Positions 20,433-30,594 are shown, numbered from the stretch's first letter. The stretch is 64,000 nt of DNA from Candidatus Saccharimonadota bacterium (GCA_016178135.1 JACOTW010000012.1:1064-65063); one strand, 5' to 3'. The notes: generated by a model from the letters alone, not told the origin. Translations and numbers: made by a program.

Positions 20433-20927
20433 CTATCGGATACTTTTTTCAATATTGAGGCCGATGACATTTAGACCCAATCCAAGTTGTTGTTTCAAGA
20501 TGCCTCTCTTGCCATTGATGTCAGGATGTACTTTGGGCGTTTTGTTGCTAACTCTGTCGTAGGCAGTGATTATCGCATTAGCCGTATTTTGCATCCCTAT
20601 ACCTACCATTATTGGTTTGGGGGCAAGTCCGCCGCCCCAAATCTTTAGTAAATAGTACCCAAGCTTAATTTTATCGCCAACAGCATCAATCACCTCACCT
20701 TTATCACTAGTAGTTCCGGTTTTTCTAGCTATTGTTCCGTCCACGCCATCAATACCAAATGCAACTGCCGCTTGAGCAATACCTATGGGATCGTCTAATT
20801 TCTCCGCCGCGCCCAAAGCTAAAACAAAGGCACCTAGGTCGAGTATATTGGCCGGTGTTAGCCAGTGGTTAGTTGCTTCCGCGACTCGTTGAAAAACATT
20901 TTGTTGATCAGTATCTGATGCTGACAT
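20433..20927 (-). CDS. CDP-alcohol phosphatidyltransferase; probable frameshift near the 3' end (full gene may end at 20329)
   Basis: D..DG..AR..G..S..GE..D...D signature. Confidence 0.75.
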   Translation of the reverse strand: MSASDTDQQNVFQRVAEATNHWLTPANILDLGAFVLALGAAEKLDDPIGIAQAAVAFGIDGVDGTIARKTGTTSDKGEVIDAVGDKIKLGYYLLKIWGGGLAPKPIMVGIGMQNTANAIITAYDRVSNKTPKVHPDINGKRGILKQQLGLGLNVIGLNIEKSIR

Positions 20928-20976
20928 TGCTAAAGAATATAATCCATCGAATTTTCATGTTTCGGGGGCTTAATAT

Positions 20977-21486
20977 TTAGAGGGCGGCTTCTAGGGCGGC
21001 CCACTCGGCTTGAGAATCGTCTTCTGGAACATTGACGCTAACTTGATCGCCAGGCTTGGCTTTGAAATAAGTTACACTTGCCAAAAGAATTCGGAATAAT
21101 TTACCACCAACATCAACGTAGTAGTGGCCATTGTCGAGCTTTAAAAGCCCTACGACTTGCTTGCGGGCTATGGGACCGATTTGTTTATACAGAAACGAGC
21201 CATCCTCGGCTACGGTTAATTTTAGGATGTCGCCTTGGACAAGTTTGGATTTGCTGGCGTAATTGGCTGGTACGGGGTAGGTTTTGCCATCAGAACCAAC
21301 CATAGTTTGACCATCAAAAACACCTTCAATAACCTTACCGAGCGGTTCATCTTTTATAGATGCCGTTACTGTCTCATCATCACCAATCAAGCTCAATAGT
21401 AGTTCTTTTGCGGCGGCAAGACTTGTCTCGGCTTCTTGAATAAGTGCCCGCAATCTTTTAGTTTGTTTGTCTGATACGTCTAACAT
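20977..21486 (-). CDS. Conserved hypothetical protein
   Basis: IEGVFDGQ.M, YPVPANYASKSKLV.GD motifs; function unknown. Confidence 0.6.
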   Translation of the reverse strand: MLDVSDKQTKRLRALIQEAETSLAAAKELLLSLIGDDETVTASIKDEPLGKVIEGVFDGQTMVGSDGKTYPVPANYASKSKLVQGDILKLTVAEDGSFLYKQIGPIARKQVVGLLKLDNGHYYVDVGGKLFRILLASVTYFKAKPGDQVSVNVPEDDSQAEWAALEAAL

Positions 21487-21726
21487 TATTTCTGTCTCTC
21501 TATAAGTATTTGTATAGCTACACCTATGACCTACCGTAACACGAAGATAGTGTCAAGTCAAAGATGCCACAAAAAACTGTGGATAAATGACGAGTATGTA
21601 GCCAAGACAACCACCTCAACAGAGCTATGTTTCACTTATCCATATGGATGTTGACAATTCAAACCGAAAGTAGTATCATATATTCAAAATCTCATAAGAT
21701 TAGGAAAGTAAGGAGTTATATCAGCT

Positions 21727-22689
21727 ATGGACGCTAAAAATGCATTTGAGGCTATAGAAGCAATTCGCGCTACTGTTCCTGTAGAAGATCAAGCTGGCCT
21801 AGACGCAGAGTACGCTACTCGTTTTAAAGTAATTGGTGAGGCTGTCGGTACGGTAGCTGTAGCTGAGACTGCTCCGGCTCCAGAAACCCAGCTAGAAAAG
21901 AAACTTCCAGACTTCTTAAATCCGGATATTAAACTTGGCGCTAAGGATCAACTAACCTTGATGCGGGAATTCTGGAACGACCTTGGTTATGTTGTGCCCG
22001 ACCTAAGCTCTGAACAAGAAACTCGACTTGAGGCAACTGTTGATTCAAGTTTGGGTAGCCGTGTAGTTCCTACCCCGTTGCTTGACTTGACTGGCCGAAT
22101 GCATGTAGCAGCGTCTGCTTCTGAATTATTCAAAAAGAATAGTTTCCATCCTGATTGCGAAGCACTACGGGCACCTGGTACAAGCTATACCTACGGCAAA
22201 CTAATGGCTAATCCCGAAAGCACCGTTAAAGTAGGTCGCAAGGAGTACGGCTTACGTTACAAGACGCCAGATGGTGAAATCGTTTCTCGCGCTAGTTACA
22301 TAGAATCTCTAGTGTCTGCCGGCCAAGCTGTCGTGGCGGAAGATGGAACAGTGTGGACATTCCCGGTCATGGATGTTCGTATGCGTGCTCCTAGAACTCG
22401 AAATTATGCCGCTAAACTACTCGAACGCATCAGTGCGGTTAGTACTCCCGAATCTCTCATTACTATGCAGTTACTGCACCAAGCGAACGGTACACCTAAT
22501 TCAGAATGGGAAGTAGATTTTGCCAACGAAGCCGTGTATGAATTAGACAAGAACGGTAAACTAGTTGCTCTGGTGAGCGTCACGAGCGTGGACTGGGATC
22601 CGGACAGTCGGCAGTTGTACTTGGACGACTGGGACGCGGGCAGTCGGAATGACAACTTTGGCGTTCGCGCCGAGGAGAGTGGGCTCTAA
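21727..22689 (+). CDS. Hypothetical protein with a DGR-target-like C-terminus
   Basis: AAGGAG RBS; C-terminus V.W.P..RQL.L..W....RNDNFGVR. Confidence 0.65.
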   Translation: MDAKNAFEAIEAIRATVPVEDQAGLDAEYATRFKVIGEAVGTVAVAETAPAPETQLEKKLPDFLNPDIKLGAKDQLTLMREFWNDLGYVVPDLSSEQETRLEATVDSSLGSRVVPTPLLDLTGRMHVAASASELFKKNSFHPDCEALRAPGTSYTYGKLMANPESTVKVGRKEYGLRYKTPDGEIVSRASYIESLVSAGQAVVAEDGTVWTFPVMDVRMRAPRTRNYAAKLLERISAVSTPESLITMQLLHQANGTPNSEWEVDFANEAVYELDKNGKLVALVSVTSVDWDPDSRQLYLDDWDAGSRNDNFGVRAEESGL

Positions 22690-22947
22690 GGCTTTGGCCT
22701 TTTTGTCTTCCTTCTTCTTTTCTTTTGAACTTTGGTACAATCTAATTATCGGTGAATAGTAACCCGCTGTGTGCGGACTACCGTGTCATTGTTTTTAGTC
22801 AAAAAGCCAAGCGCAGCGAGTGTTTTTATAACCCACTGGACGGCTGACCAGGAGCAGGTTTACATTTTCTTTTAATTCAAGAAGTTGATTTTCTGTAGCC
22901 ATAGTCACTCCATATTAATCTAGTTTAATAGTAACGCCATGAGCAAA

Positions 22948-22980
22948 TTAAAACCGCTCGGTGGTGCCGAGCGGTTTTAA
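22948..22980. terminator. Intrinsic terminator after rplL, possibly bidirectional
   Basis: Perfect IR TTAAAACCGCTCGG/CCGAGCGGTTTTAA. Confidence 0.85.
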
Positions 22981-22995
22981 TGATTCTGCCTTGAT

Positions 22996-23376
22996 TTAGG
23001 CGAGTTCTACTGTTGCACCCGCTTCTTCTAGGGTTTTCTTGGCGGCTTCGGCATCTTCTTTTTTGGCTTTATCAAGCACGTTCTTTGGGGCACCATCAAC
23101 TATTGCTTTGGATTCGCCTAGTCCTAGTCCGGTGATGTCCTTGACGGCCTTGATGACGGCGACTTTTTGGGCGCCTGCATCCTTGAGCACTACATCGTAC
23201 TCGGCTTTAACATCCTCTGCTGGAGTAGCATCTGCTACGGCTGGTCCAGCTACGGCTGCCACAGCGGCGGCTGGCTCGATACCAAACTCATCTTTTAGAA
23301 TTGTTTTGAGCTCATTGACTTGTAGGACTGTTAGCCCTACTAATTGTTCTGCGAATTTTTTTAGATCTGTTGCCAT
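22996..23376 (-). CDS. rplL: 50S ribosomal protein L7/L12
   Basis: [21 protein letters not shown]. Confidence 0.97.
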   Translation of the reverse strand: MATDLKKFAEQLVGLTVLQVNELKTILKDEFGIEPAAAVAAVAGPAVADATPAEDVKAEYDVVLKDAGAQKVAVIKAVKDITGLGLGESKAIVDGAPKNVLDKAKKEDAEAAKKTLEEAGATVELA

Positions 23377-23416
23377 TTTATTATCCTTTCGGGGTTATAT
23401 ATAAATTATTGAATGA

Positions 23417-23941
23417 TTAGATACTAGCTTTTTGCGCTAATGCGTCTAATATGCCGTGCAAATTGCCCTGGAGTCCGTTGATGATTTCATTGGTTGGCGA
23501 TGCCAGCGTAGCTAGAACTTGAGCGATAAGCTCGTTTTTGCCAGGTAGGGTTGCCAGAGCCGTAACCTCATCGGAGGATAAAAACTTACCTTCACTAGAG
23601 ATCGCACCTACAAACTTTAAGGTTGGTTGCGTTTTGGCAAATGATGCCAAGGTTTGAGCTGGTGCTACCTCATCCTGGTCATTAAAGGCGTATATAAGCA
23701 TTCCGTTCAAGGCGTCAGTCGCAACATTTTTTAGATGTTCGGTGCTTTTGATTGCCTGAATAACCAAGCGATTTTTGACGACCTTGAGTGTTGTGCTGTT
23801 ATCGCGACCTGAACGACGTAGTTCTTGCATTGCCTTAACTGGCGTACCTTGGTAGGTAGCAATTACTGTCATCTTAGAATTAACCAGTAAACCAGCAATA
23901 TCTTCAACAACTTGATTTTTTTTATCTTTTGTTAGAGCCAT
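23417..23941 (-). CDS. rplJ: 50S ribosomal protein L10
   Basis: KVVKNRL, LATLP motifs; upstream of rplL. Confidence 0.95.
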   Translation of the reverse strand: MALTKDKKNQVVEDIAGLLVNSKMTVIATYQGTPVKAMQELRRSGRDNSTTLKVVKNRLVIQAIKSTEHLKNVATDALNGMLIYAFNDQDEVAPAQTLASFAKTQPTLKFVGAISSEGKFLSSDEVTALATLPGKNELIAQVLATLASPTNEIINGLQGNLHGILDALAQKASI

Positions 23942-24018
23942 TAGATCTCCTTTGGAGTAATTTCTAATTGATAGTTATTGTTGACATGATTCGCTTCGAC
24001 CATCACGAACCTTCAGTA

Positions 24019-24127
24019 CCAAAAAGCCTCTGCATTACCAGAGGCTAAAACATGCTCACAAACAAAAATGTCGGCTTGCACCTCGGCGACAAATCAAGCC
24101 ACTAATGGCAGTCGCTGTCTTTGGTAA
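24019..24127 (-). promoter_or_regulatory. L10 leader with attenuator-type terminator
   Basis: AAAGACAGCGAC...GTCGCCGAGG, then AGCCTCTG/CAGAGGCT-TTTT upstream of rplJ. Confidence 0.75.
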
Positions 24128-24255
24128 CACGGTAATTCTATCTGTTAAAAAGCTTTTTGTCAATCAAAAAAACCATCGTGGCGGGAAAGTGGGCTAAAAA
24201 AATTGCAAATTGTGCATTTATATATTATATTTGTCAATTGGAATTGAGGTAGAAT

Positions 24256-24564
24256 ATGCATTTTTCAGAAGCAAATTTTTCACGAGTAAATATGGACGGG
24301 GAGACTCTAGGTGGATTGGTGGAGAGTGTTTTGAGCGCCGCCACTAGTACCGATAGTCCTAATATTGAAATAAATCCAGAAGACGTGCGTGTTTTGACTG
24401 GTATGCTGATCGGGAGTCCTCCTATTGACGGAAATGAAGAAATCAGGCGTTTTGATGTCGTGCAGGCTGGTTATCGTCAGAACAATAATATACCCGTCGA
24501 TGGGCATGTGAAAAGGCTTTACGACATCTGGCGTTCTCTAAAAAGAAATATCAATGAAACTTAA
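24256..24564 (+). CDS. Hypothetical protein
   Basis: 102-aa ORF with GAGG RBS. Confidence 0.5.
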   Translation: MHFSEANFSRVNMDGETLGGLVESVLSAATSTDSPNIEINPEDVRVLTGMLIGSPPIDGNEEIRRFDVVQAGYRQNNNIPVDGHVKRLYDIWRSLKRNINET

Positions 24565-26900
24565 CTGACTTTGGATAGTTTGAATTGAGTGTAGCGCTCG
24601 GCGGCTAGACGAGCCAACTCTGGATCTTCAGAGGTGTTTACAAATTTCATGGCTTCGGCGAGTAATGGGTGAACCTCGGCGAGTTTTTCGTGCATTTCAA
24701 GTATCAATTTTCTATAACCGGAATGTCCCTGGGGACTGGTACGGAGCTCGTGCAAGTGAAATGCTTCTCTGGCGTTGTATGTAACCTTCCAGCGCATTTT
24801 GTGGCCGAGTAGCGTGGCATATTGAGCTTCCAGCGCAAAACCGGTGGCTTGAAGTTGACTGTAAAGTTTTAGGCTAAGCTCAAAACATGCCTCGAACTGT
24901 TCTGCTAATCCGGCATCTTCTATGATGCGAGGAGTTTCATACCCATAACGTGGTGTGAGAAATTGCCACTGTAGGTCATCTACCATACGATGTCGTTGCA
25001 AATCACGAAAAATACCATAATCACAGATTAAATCCCAGCTATAATGTGCTTTTTCCAGGGCTCTACCTGGCCTATGACGTCGGTTAAGCCGTTCGCCCAC
25101 ATAAGCTTCAAAAGCTTCTTCTTTGCGTTTTATGGACCATTTTTCCACTTCATTTTTAATGTCTTTTAAAGATAGATTACTGTGCTCGTAGAGCATGTCT
25201 GGAATAAGGTTAAGCTCATTTTTGGGCCAGAAGCTGGTTAGTTGAACGGCTTCGTTTTCGCCGGCATGATTATCCGGTAGATATTTTTTAGTAACTTCTC
25301 TGACTTTGGCGTAGGTATTGGCTCGATAGGCTATCAAGGCGCCACCCCTATCAGGCTTATCGGCACGCTCCAAAAAAGTCGGTATAACCTTACGACCATG
25401 ATCGAGGAGTTTCTGGCCCGTTACTTGAGCTTCAGGAAGCTCATCACTTAAAAGGTGCATTATAAGACTTTCCAAGGCTTGACCGGAAGCATAGATGCCT
25501 ACCGTGGACTTTGTGGCTACGGGTAAAACAGGGCGAACGGCATCACAGGCTTGAGCTCTAATTGCGCTTTTCCAGGCCCCATCGCGTTCTTGTTCTGGTA
25601 CTGAAGAGTGTTCCTGAAGATGGGCAGTCAATTTGCCTGCCATTTCGGAATAAAGGTCAAATATTTGATCCATAGTGGCGTTGTACGAGGCAGTTGTTTT
25701 TTGATCCAGGTTTTGAGGCGTGTAGTATTTGTATTGCCCATGTTCGTCTTTTTGATCAAAATATATGTATCGTGTTGATTGTTCTAGGTAAGATGCCAGC
25801 CTACCCCACTCTAATTTTTTGGTCAGTAAATTAGATGCACCTTCAATCACAACGTGCTGACCGACCAGTTGCTGGACAGAATCATCGCCAAAGGCGGTTA
25901 TGACGCGCTGGAGCAATTTTTCGTCTTTACCCAGAGCACCTGCGAATTCATCCAAAATAGTAATTCGCATATCATCGCCACGTCGACTTAGTCGAGCCAT
26001 CGCCGCGGCTATCGTAATGGGGCTTAATGTGTCGTTGAAAGCGTATACATTATCAGAAGTGCTAGTAACCGCGTCAGCCAAGAATGCTTCGCCGGCGGTG
26101 GTAATTTTGTAGCCGGTATTTGTCTTTTCAACGTACGGATTATCGATTTTTAGGGATAGATTAGTGGTTTTTAGTGCTGCGTCTGCGGTTTGCTTTTTTG
26201 GTTTTGGAGGCAACAAGGGTTCTATAGTTTTCCAAAGCATGTCCTGTACGGTGGCAATGCTCATTAGCTTTTCGCTGCGTACACAGTCAATACGCAGAAA
26301 ATCTTTAGGGAATAATTGGCATAAATCATCATAAACTTCGACGGCTAATTCTAGATGATTGAGGTCTGCTTCGTGAATATCTCGTTTGTTGGTCGTATAG
26401 CTACGTTCTGCTTTTTTGTCGACTAACTGCTGGGCGATTTTTGCTGGCACGCGCAGGACTATCGATTTATCAGGTCTGGGTATGCCAAGCATTTCAAACT
26501 CAAGATTATCCAGCCAGATAAAATATCCGCGTCGCTCTTCAGCATGCCGAAATTTCGTTCCCTGATGTGCCATATTGGAACCAGTAAATCGGTTAACTAG
26601 AACAACCTTACCTTCAGTCAGTGCCTGCTTGATAGCTGGAGCCGCCTGATAGCGATCCATCGCGTAAAAAAGCGATCCGGTATAAGGTCCCACTTCTTCG
26701 GCGCTACCATACTTGCCGTTCAGGTATTCCTTTACAAAAAAACTCGACGGTTGTTCGTATTGGGGAAAATCAAAAGTAGCAACGTCGTAGCCCTCTTTTT
26801 GCAAATGATCGGCCAATAGCTGAAACTGGGTACCCTTACCGGATCCGTCAGTTCCTTCAATAACCAGCATTAGGCCGTTACGAGAAGACTCGGTTTTCAT
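24561..26900 (-). CDS. thyX: Thymidylate kinase fused to FAD-dependent thymidylate synthase (tandem ThyX-like domains)
   Basis: N-terminal IEGTDGSGKGTQ; EQSTRY, RDLQRHR, ELRT..QGH. Confidence 0.9.
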   Translation of the reverse strand: MKTESSRNGLMLVIEGTDGSGKGTQFQLLADHLQKEGYDVATFDFPQYEQPSSFFVKEYLNGKYGSAEEVGPYTGSLFYAMDRYQAAPAIKQALTEGKVVLVNRFTGSNMAHQGTKFRHAEERRGYFIWLDNLEFEMLGIPRPDKSIVLRVPAKIAQQLVDKKAERSYTTNKRDIHEADLNHLELAVEVYDDLCQLFPKDFLRIDCVRSEKLMSIATVQDMLWKTIEPLLPPKPKKQTADAALKTTNLSLKIDNPYVEKTNTGYKITTAGEAFLADAVTSTSDNVYAFNDTLSPITIAAAMARLSRRGDDMRITILDEFAGALGKDEKLLQRVITAFGDDSVQQLVGQHVVIEGASNLLTKKLEWGRLASYLEQSTRYIYFDQKDEHGQYKYYTPQNLDQKTTASYNATMDQIFDLYSEMAGKLTAHLQEHSSVPEQERDGAWKSAIRAQACDAVRPVLPVATKSTVGIYASGQALESLIMHLLSDELPEAQVTGQKLLDHGRKVIPTFLERADKPDRGGALIAYRANTYAKVREVTKKYLPDNHAGENEAVQLTSFWPKNELNLIPDMLYEHSNLSLKDIKNEVEKWSIKRKEEAFEAYVGERLNRRHRPGRALEKAHYSWDLICDYGIFRDLQRHRMVDDLQWQFLTPRYGYETPRIIEDAGLAEQFEACFELSLKLYSQLQATGFALEAQYATLLGHKMRWKVTYNAREAFHLHELRTSPQGHSGYRKLILEMHEKLAEVHPLLAEAMKFVNTSEDPELARLAAERYTQFKLSKVS

Positions 26901-27610
26901 AGTGCTTTTAAACCTTTTATCGTCCCCGGTAGAGCACGCTTGTCTTTATAGGCTCGCGGCAATAGCATTTCTGGCTGCCAGTTTTTTATAATTTCTTTGA
27001 GATTGGTTCCTGTTTGATACTTGCCACTAAAGCCATTGTGGCGGCCTTCTCCGTAACTGCCATCAACAGGTCCGGTTTCCAGAAAAACAGCTTGTGCTAT
27101 ACGTTCACCGACCGGTAAAAGCACGGTTTCGTGTTCGTTCAAATTATAAATTTCCAACGTTAAGCGATTAATGTAGCCTGGTTCAACCCAGCCGGCATCA
27201 AAACAAACAGCTATACCATTTCTGCCCCAGCTGGATCGGGATTTGACCTCGTAAGCTCCGGGTGGTTTAATCCCAAAAAATTCATGGGTGTGGGCCAAAA
27301 TTCGTTCGCCTGGACGCAGTGGAATTATAGGATGATTCGGAGGTATATTCTCTAATAATTCTACGCCATTATCGGTACACCAATCCTGATGCGGTATAGC
27401 TTGGTGAACTTCACCGAAATACCGATCCACATCATTTTCATCAAATGGATTGTAGACGTAACCCCTCTTGGCTTGCCCTGTGCGGTAATAGTAGTAGCCT
27501 AGCGTGACATCAAGGCTTGCGTGGGAAATATGCTTAGGATTGAATGGCGTGCAAACAATATGACCTTCCTCTATGGCCTGACGAATTTGAATATTGCTGT
27601 AAACTCCCAT
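26897..27610 (-). CDS. dcd: dCTP deaminase
   Basis: ASLDVTL, SRSSWGR.G, AGWVEPGY...LTLE, GERIAQ. Confidence 0.85.
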   Translation of the reverse strand: MGVYSNIQIRQAIEEGHIVCTPFNPKHISHASLDVTLGYYYYRTGQAKRGYVYNPFDENDVDRYFGEVHQAIPHQDWCTDNGVELLENIPPNHPIIPLRPGERILAHTHEFFGIKPPGAYEVKSRSSWGRNGIAVCFDAGWVEPGYINRLTLEIYNLNEHETVLLPVGERIAQAVFLETGPVDGSYGEGRHNGFSGKYQTGTNLKEIIKNWQPEMLLPRAYKDKRALPGTIKGLKAL

Positions 27611-27676
27611 GTCGTATATTGTACGGAATGTTTTGATATTTGCACAACCTTATGTGGAAATATTACAACTATTCTA

Positions 27677-27836
27677 CTGGACCTGTCGCAAAACTCCCCC
27701 ATCCCCAGACCAATTCATCTCGGCTGGTAGCGGTCTGTCTTCTCTCGATGTAGCTATGGCTACCTCTCCTTCAGTCAAACCACTCCCACCTCGAACTGAT
27801 TTGCCCTGGGAACGGGCGATTTTGCGACAGGTCCAG
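27677..27836. mobile_element. Family A MITE, 160-bp subfamily, intergenic
   Basis: Perfect TIRs; TCTA on both flanks. Confidence 0.9.
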
Positions 27837-27873
27837 TCTAGAAGTCAATTTTCCTGAACCCAGAGTTTGATGA

Positions 27874-28851
27874 CTATATACCGGCTGTAGATACTGGAAT
27901 ACTTGGACCCATAGAGGTAGTAACGTACAGGCTTTTTAGGTAGATGCCTTTTAGGCCAGTAGGTTTGGCGGACTTAATGCTAGCCATCACTGTTTCGGCA
28001 TTTTGAGCTAATTTTTCTTTGCCAAAACTTACTTTTCCAATACCAAGATGAATTATGCCAGTGCCATCAACGCGATATTCAACGCGTCCAGCCTTGGCCT
28101 CTTTCACTGCCTTTGCTACGTCGGTGGTTACAGTACCACTTTTAGGGTTTGGCATCAGACCTTTAGGCCCAAGAATACGCGCGTATTTACCCAACTTGGC
28201 CATTACTTTAGGTGTGGCGATTAATACGTCAAAATCCATAGTTCCTTTATCTAGCTGTTGAAGGAATTCTTCACTACCAGCAATGTCGGCACCAGCCTTC
28301 TTGGCGGCTGTTACATCGTTTGCCTCACCAAATACGGCGATGCGGATATTTTTACCCGTACCAGCAGGCAAAGTAACGGTTCCGCGAATATTTTGATCTG
28401 CTTGCTTAGGATCAACACCTAGTCGTATGTGTAATTCGACAGTGGCATCGAATTTAGCAGGATTGGTTATGGTAGCTAATTCAAGAGCTTCCGGCAGTTC
28501 ATATAATTTATCTTCGATAATTTGATCATGTAGCTTTCTATAATTTTTGCTACGGCGTTCTAGGCGTGTGCGGGGTTTCTTTTGTGCTGGTTTTATTGTT
28601 GCTTTTGCCTCAACTGTTTTACGCTCTTCTTTCTCTTGCTTGGCTACCGTTTCTTGGATGGCTTTAATACTTCTTTTGCCTGATTTCGCGAGTGGCTTAT
28701 CGGTCGTAGCGGAGGGCTTACTGGACTGACTCAAAGCTCCTTCATCTCTACTGGACTTAATAACCTCGGGTGCCACTTCTTTGATTGTGGTTGATGTCTT
28801 TTTCTTGACGGCGGTTGTTGGTAGCTTACTTTTTACTTTTTTTTCGGTCAT
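27874..28851 (-). CDS. rplA: 50S ribosomal protein L1 with a long basic N-terminal extension
   Basis: KFDATVE.H..LGVDP, LGPKGLMPNPK.GTV, SMGP. Confidence 0.95.
   Translation of the reverse strand: MTEKKVKSKLPTTAVKKKTSTTIKEVAPEVIKSSRDEGALSQSSKPSATTDKPLAKSGKRSIKAIQETVAKQEKEERKTVEAKATIKPAQKKPRTRLERRSKNYRKLHDQIIEDKLYELPEALELATITNPAKFDATVELHIRLGVDPKQADQNIRGTVTLPAGTGKNIRIAVFGEANDVTAAKKAGADIAGSEEFLQQLDKGTMDFDVLIATPKVMAKLGKYARILGPKGLMPNPKSGTVTTDVAKAVKEAKAGRVEYRVDGTGIIHLGIGKVSFGKEKLAQNAETVMASIKSAKPTGLKGIYLKSLYVTTSMGPSIPVSTAGI
28721..28759. repeat. Eroded family-A end(s) within the L1 extension
   Basis: CTGGACTGACTCAAAGCTCCTTCATC encodes DEGALSQSS, compared with DEGALGKSS in rluD. Confidence 0.55.
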
Positions 28852-28866
28852 GTGCTTTATCCTTTC

Positions 28867-28904
28867 GTGGTTCAAGCCTTGATCGTTTATAGATCAAGTC
28901 CCAC
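28867..28904 (-). promoter_or_regulatory. Putative L1-binding translational operator
   Basis: GTGGGA-CTTGATC..GATCAAG-GCTTGAACCAC immediately upstream of the rplA RBS. Confidence 0.6.
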
Positions 28905-28916
28905 AAAATTAAATTA

Positions 28917-29342
28917 TTATTCTATTTCTACGCCCATACTTCGGGCAGTACCGGCAACTTGCTTGATGATTGATTCGATATTATCGGTATTCATGTCGCG
29001 GGCTTTTGTTTCGGCAATTGCACGCAGATCGTTTTGGTTAAGTTTTTTGCTAATTTTTTCGCTGTTGGGTTTTCCTGAACCTTTTTGAATACCTAAAGCC
29101 TTGCGGATCAGGTCGTCAGTTGGTGTGCCAACAAAGCGCCAATTCATAGTACGGTCTTCGTAAATGATTATATGAACCGTCAGGTCTTGACCCATCTGTT
29201 CCTTGGTAGCTTCATTAAATGGATTGATAAAATCCATCATATTTACGCCGTATTGTCCCAGCGTACTACCAACTGGCGGAGCCGCACTGGCTTGCCCGCC
29301 CTTAATTTTTATTTTCAAATTTGCTTTGATTGCTTTAGCCAC
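28917..29342 (-). CDS. rplK: 50S ribosomal protein L11
   Basis: A..APPVG..LGQ.G.N, GTARSMG. Confidence 0.95.
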   Translation of the reverse strand: MAKAIKANLKIKIKGGQASAAPPVGSTLGQYGVNMMDFINPFNEATKEQMGQDLTVHIIIYEDRTMNWRFVGTPTDDLIRKALGIQKGSGKPNSEKISKKLNQNDLRAIAETKARDMNTDNIESIIKQVAGTARSMGVEIE

Positions 29343-29479
29343 TTTTTAACTCCGTTTATAGTATTAAATAGAACGCGTAACGCTAAAGATTAATAGGCTG
29401 AAGCAACACCATGGACTGCTTTAAGCGTGCTACGTACTACCGCGACCATAGGCCACTTATGTGTAACGCATAGATTGTA

Positions 29480-30526
29480 CTATATATCACCTCTGTTGTA
29501 CAGTCCTTCTTTGTGAAGTTTTGATCGTAAGTTACTTAGTCCCTTATTAAGAGTCTTACGGACTTCAGCGATATTGATCCCTAGTTTATCTGCTATTTCT
29601 TGTTGTTTCATTTTTTCTGTGCCGTCAAGTCCATAGAATAATTTGAATATTGTCATGGAGTTTTCTCCTAAGTCTGCTATTAGTTTGAGTACTATAGCGG
29701 TACTTTCGTCTTGAAGTACTCGTTCTTCAGGTCCGATGTTATTATCTGGCAAAGTGTCGCCAAACTCTACAGTGGCACCAGACTCACCAATAGAGTAATT
29801 CAGACTCATTGGCATACTGATTAGTTTTAGTCTGCGCATATCTGGTGTTAAATTGTTAGGACCATCGCTATATCGGATGGCTTGTCGTAACTCTTCCGAT
29901 ACTCCATCCGGTAGCCTGATTATGGATGCGGTGCTATATATATCTCTAACGATTGATTGACGAATCCAAGCGATGGCATAAGTGGAAAATTTGAAACCCT
30001 TTTCCCATCTGAATTTATCGACAGCGTGTTCTAGACCAAGGTTGCCGGCCTGGATTAAGTCCAGTAATTCCTTGCCTGGTGGCGTATGGTTATTGTAGGT
30101 TCTTGCTATTTTTATAACCAGTCGTAGATTTGACAATATGAACACCTCTTTGGCCCGAGCTCCGGTATCTATAATATCCTTGGTGCTGACTGAATGTTCC
30201 GTTGATGTTGTTTGTAGTCGTGCCTGGGTAATTCGGCCATATTCTATGAGCTGAGCTAGTGCTATCTCCTCGTCTTTTTCCAATAAAGGGTATTGACCTA
30301 CTTCATTTAGGTATAATTGAGTGGTGTCACTGATGTCACCTGTCGGGCTCCTTTTGACTGGTTGGCGACGGTCATAAATGTCTAAAAGCACGGCCTGATT
30401 GTCGATATAGTTAAGTTCCTCGGCGTTGGCTACCATTAAATTGGCTAGGGCAGCCACGACAAAATGGGCTTCTGCCGTATCGAGCATTTCCGGGCGTGTT
30501 TCTGGTCGAGACTCCGCGACTACCAT
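29480..30526 (-). CDS. Sigma-70 family (RpoD/RpoS-like) sigma factor
   Basis: YL.E.G.YPLL, SNLRLV..IA, DLIQAGN.GL..AV.KF, KFSTYA..WIRQ, region 4 HTH. Confidence 0.9.
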   Translation of the reverse strand: MVVAESRPETRPEMLDTAEAHFVVAALANLMVANAEELNYIDNQAVLLDIYDRRQPVKRSPTGDISDTTQLYLNEVGQYPLLEKDEEIALAQLIEYGRITQARLQTTSTEHSVSTKDIIDTGARAKEVFILSNLRLVIKIARTYNNHTPPGKELLDLIQAGNLGLEHAVDKFRWEKGFKFSTYAIAWIRQSIVRDIYSTASIIRLPDGVSEELRQAIRYSDGPNNLTPDMRRLKLISMPMSLNYSIGESGATVEFGDTLPDNNIGPEERVLQDESTAIVLKLIADLGENSMTIFKLFYGLDGTEKMKQQEIADKLGINIAEVRKTLNKGLSNLRSKLHKEGLYNRGDI

Positions 30527-30594
30527 AGAGATACTATACCAGGATTTTGACGCTTACAAAAATATCATAAACTAAACAAGACTTATGCGAGAGT

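Noticed and set aside
2960..21586. Perfect DnaA boxes at 2960, 15562 and 21578 as oriC
   Set aside because: They are isolated, not clustered, and dnaA/dnaN are not in the window.
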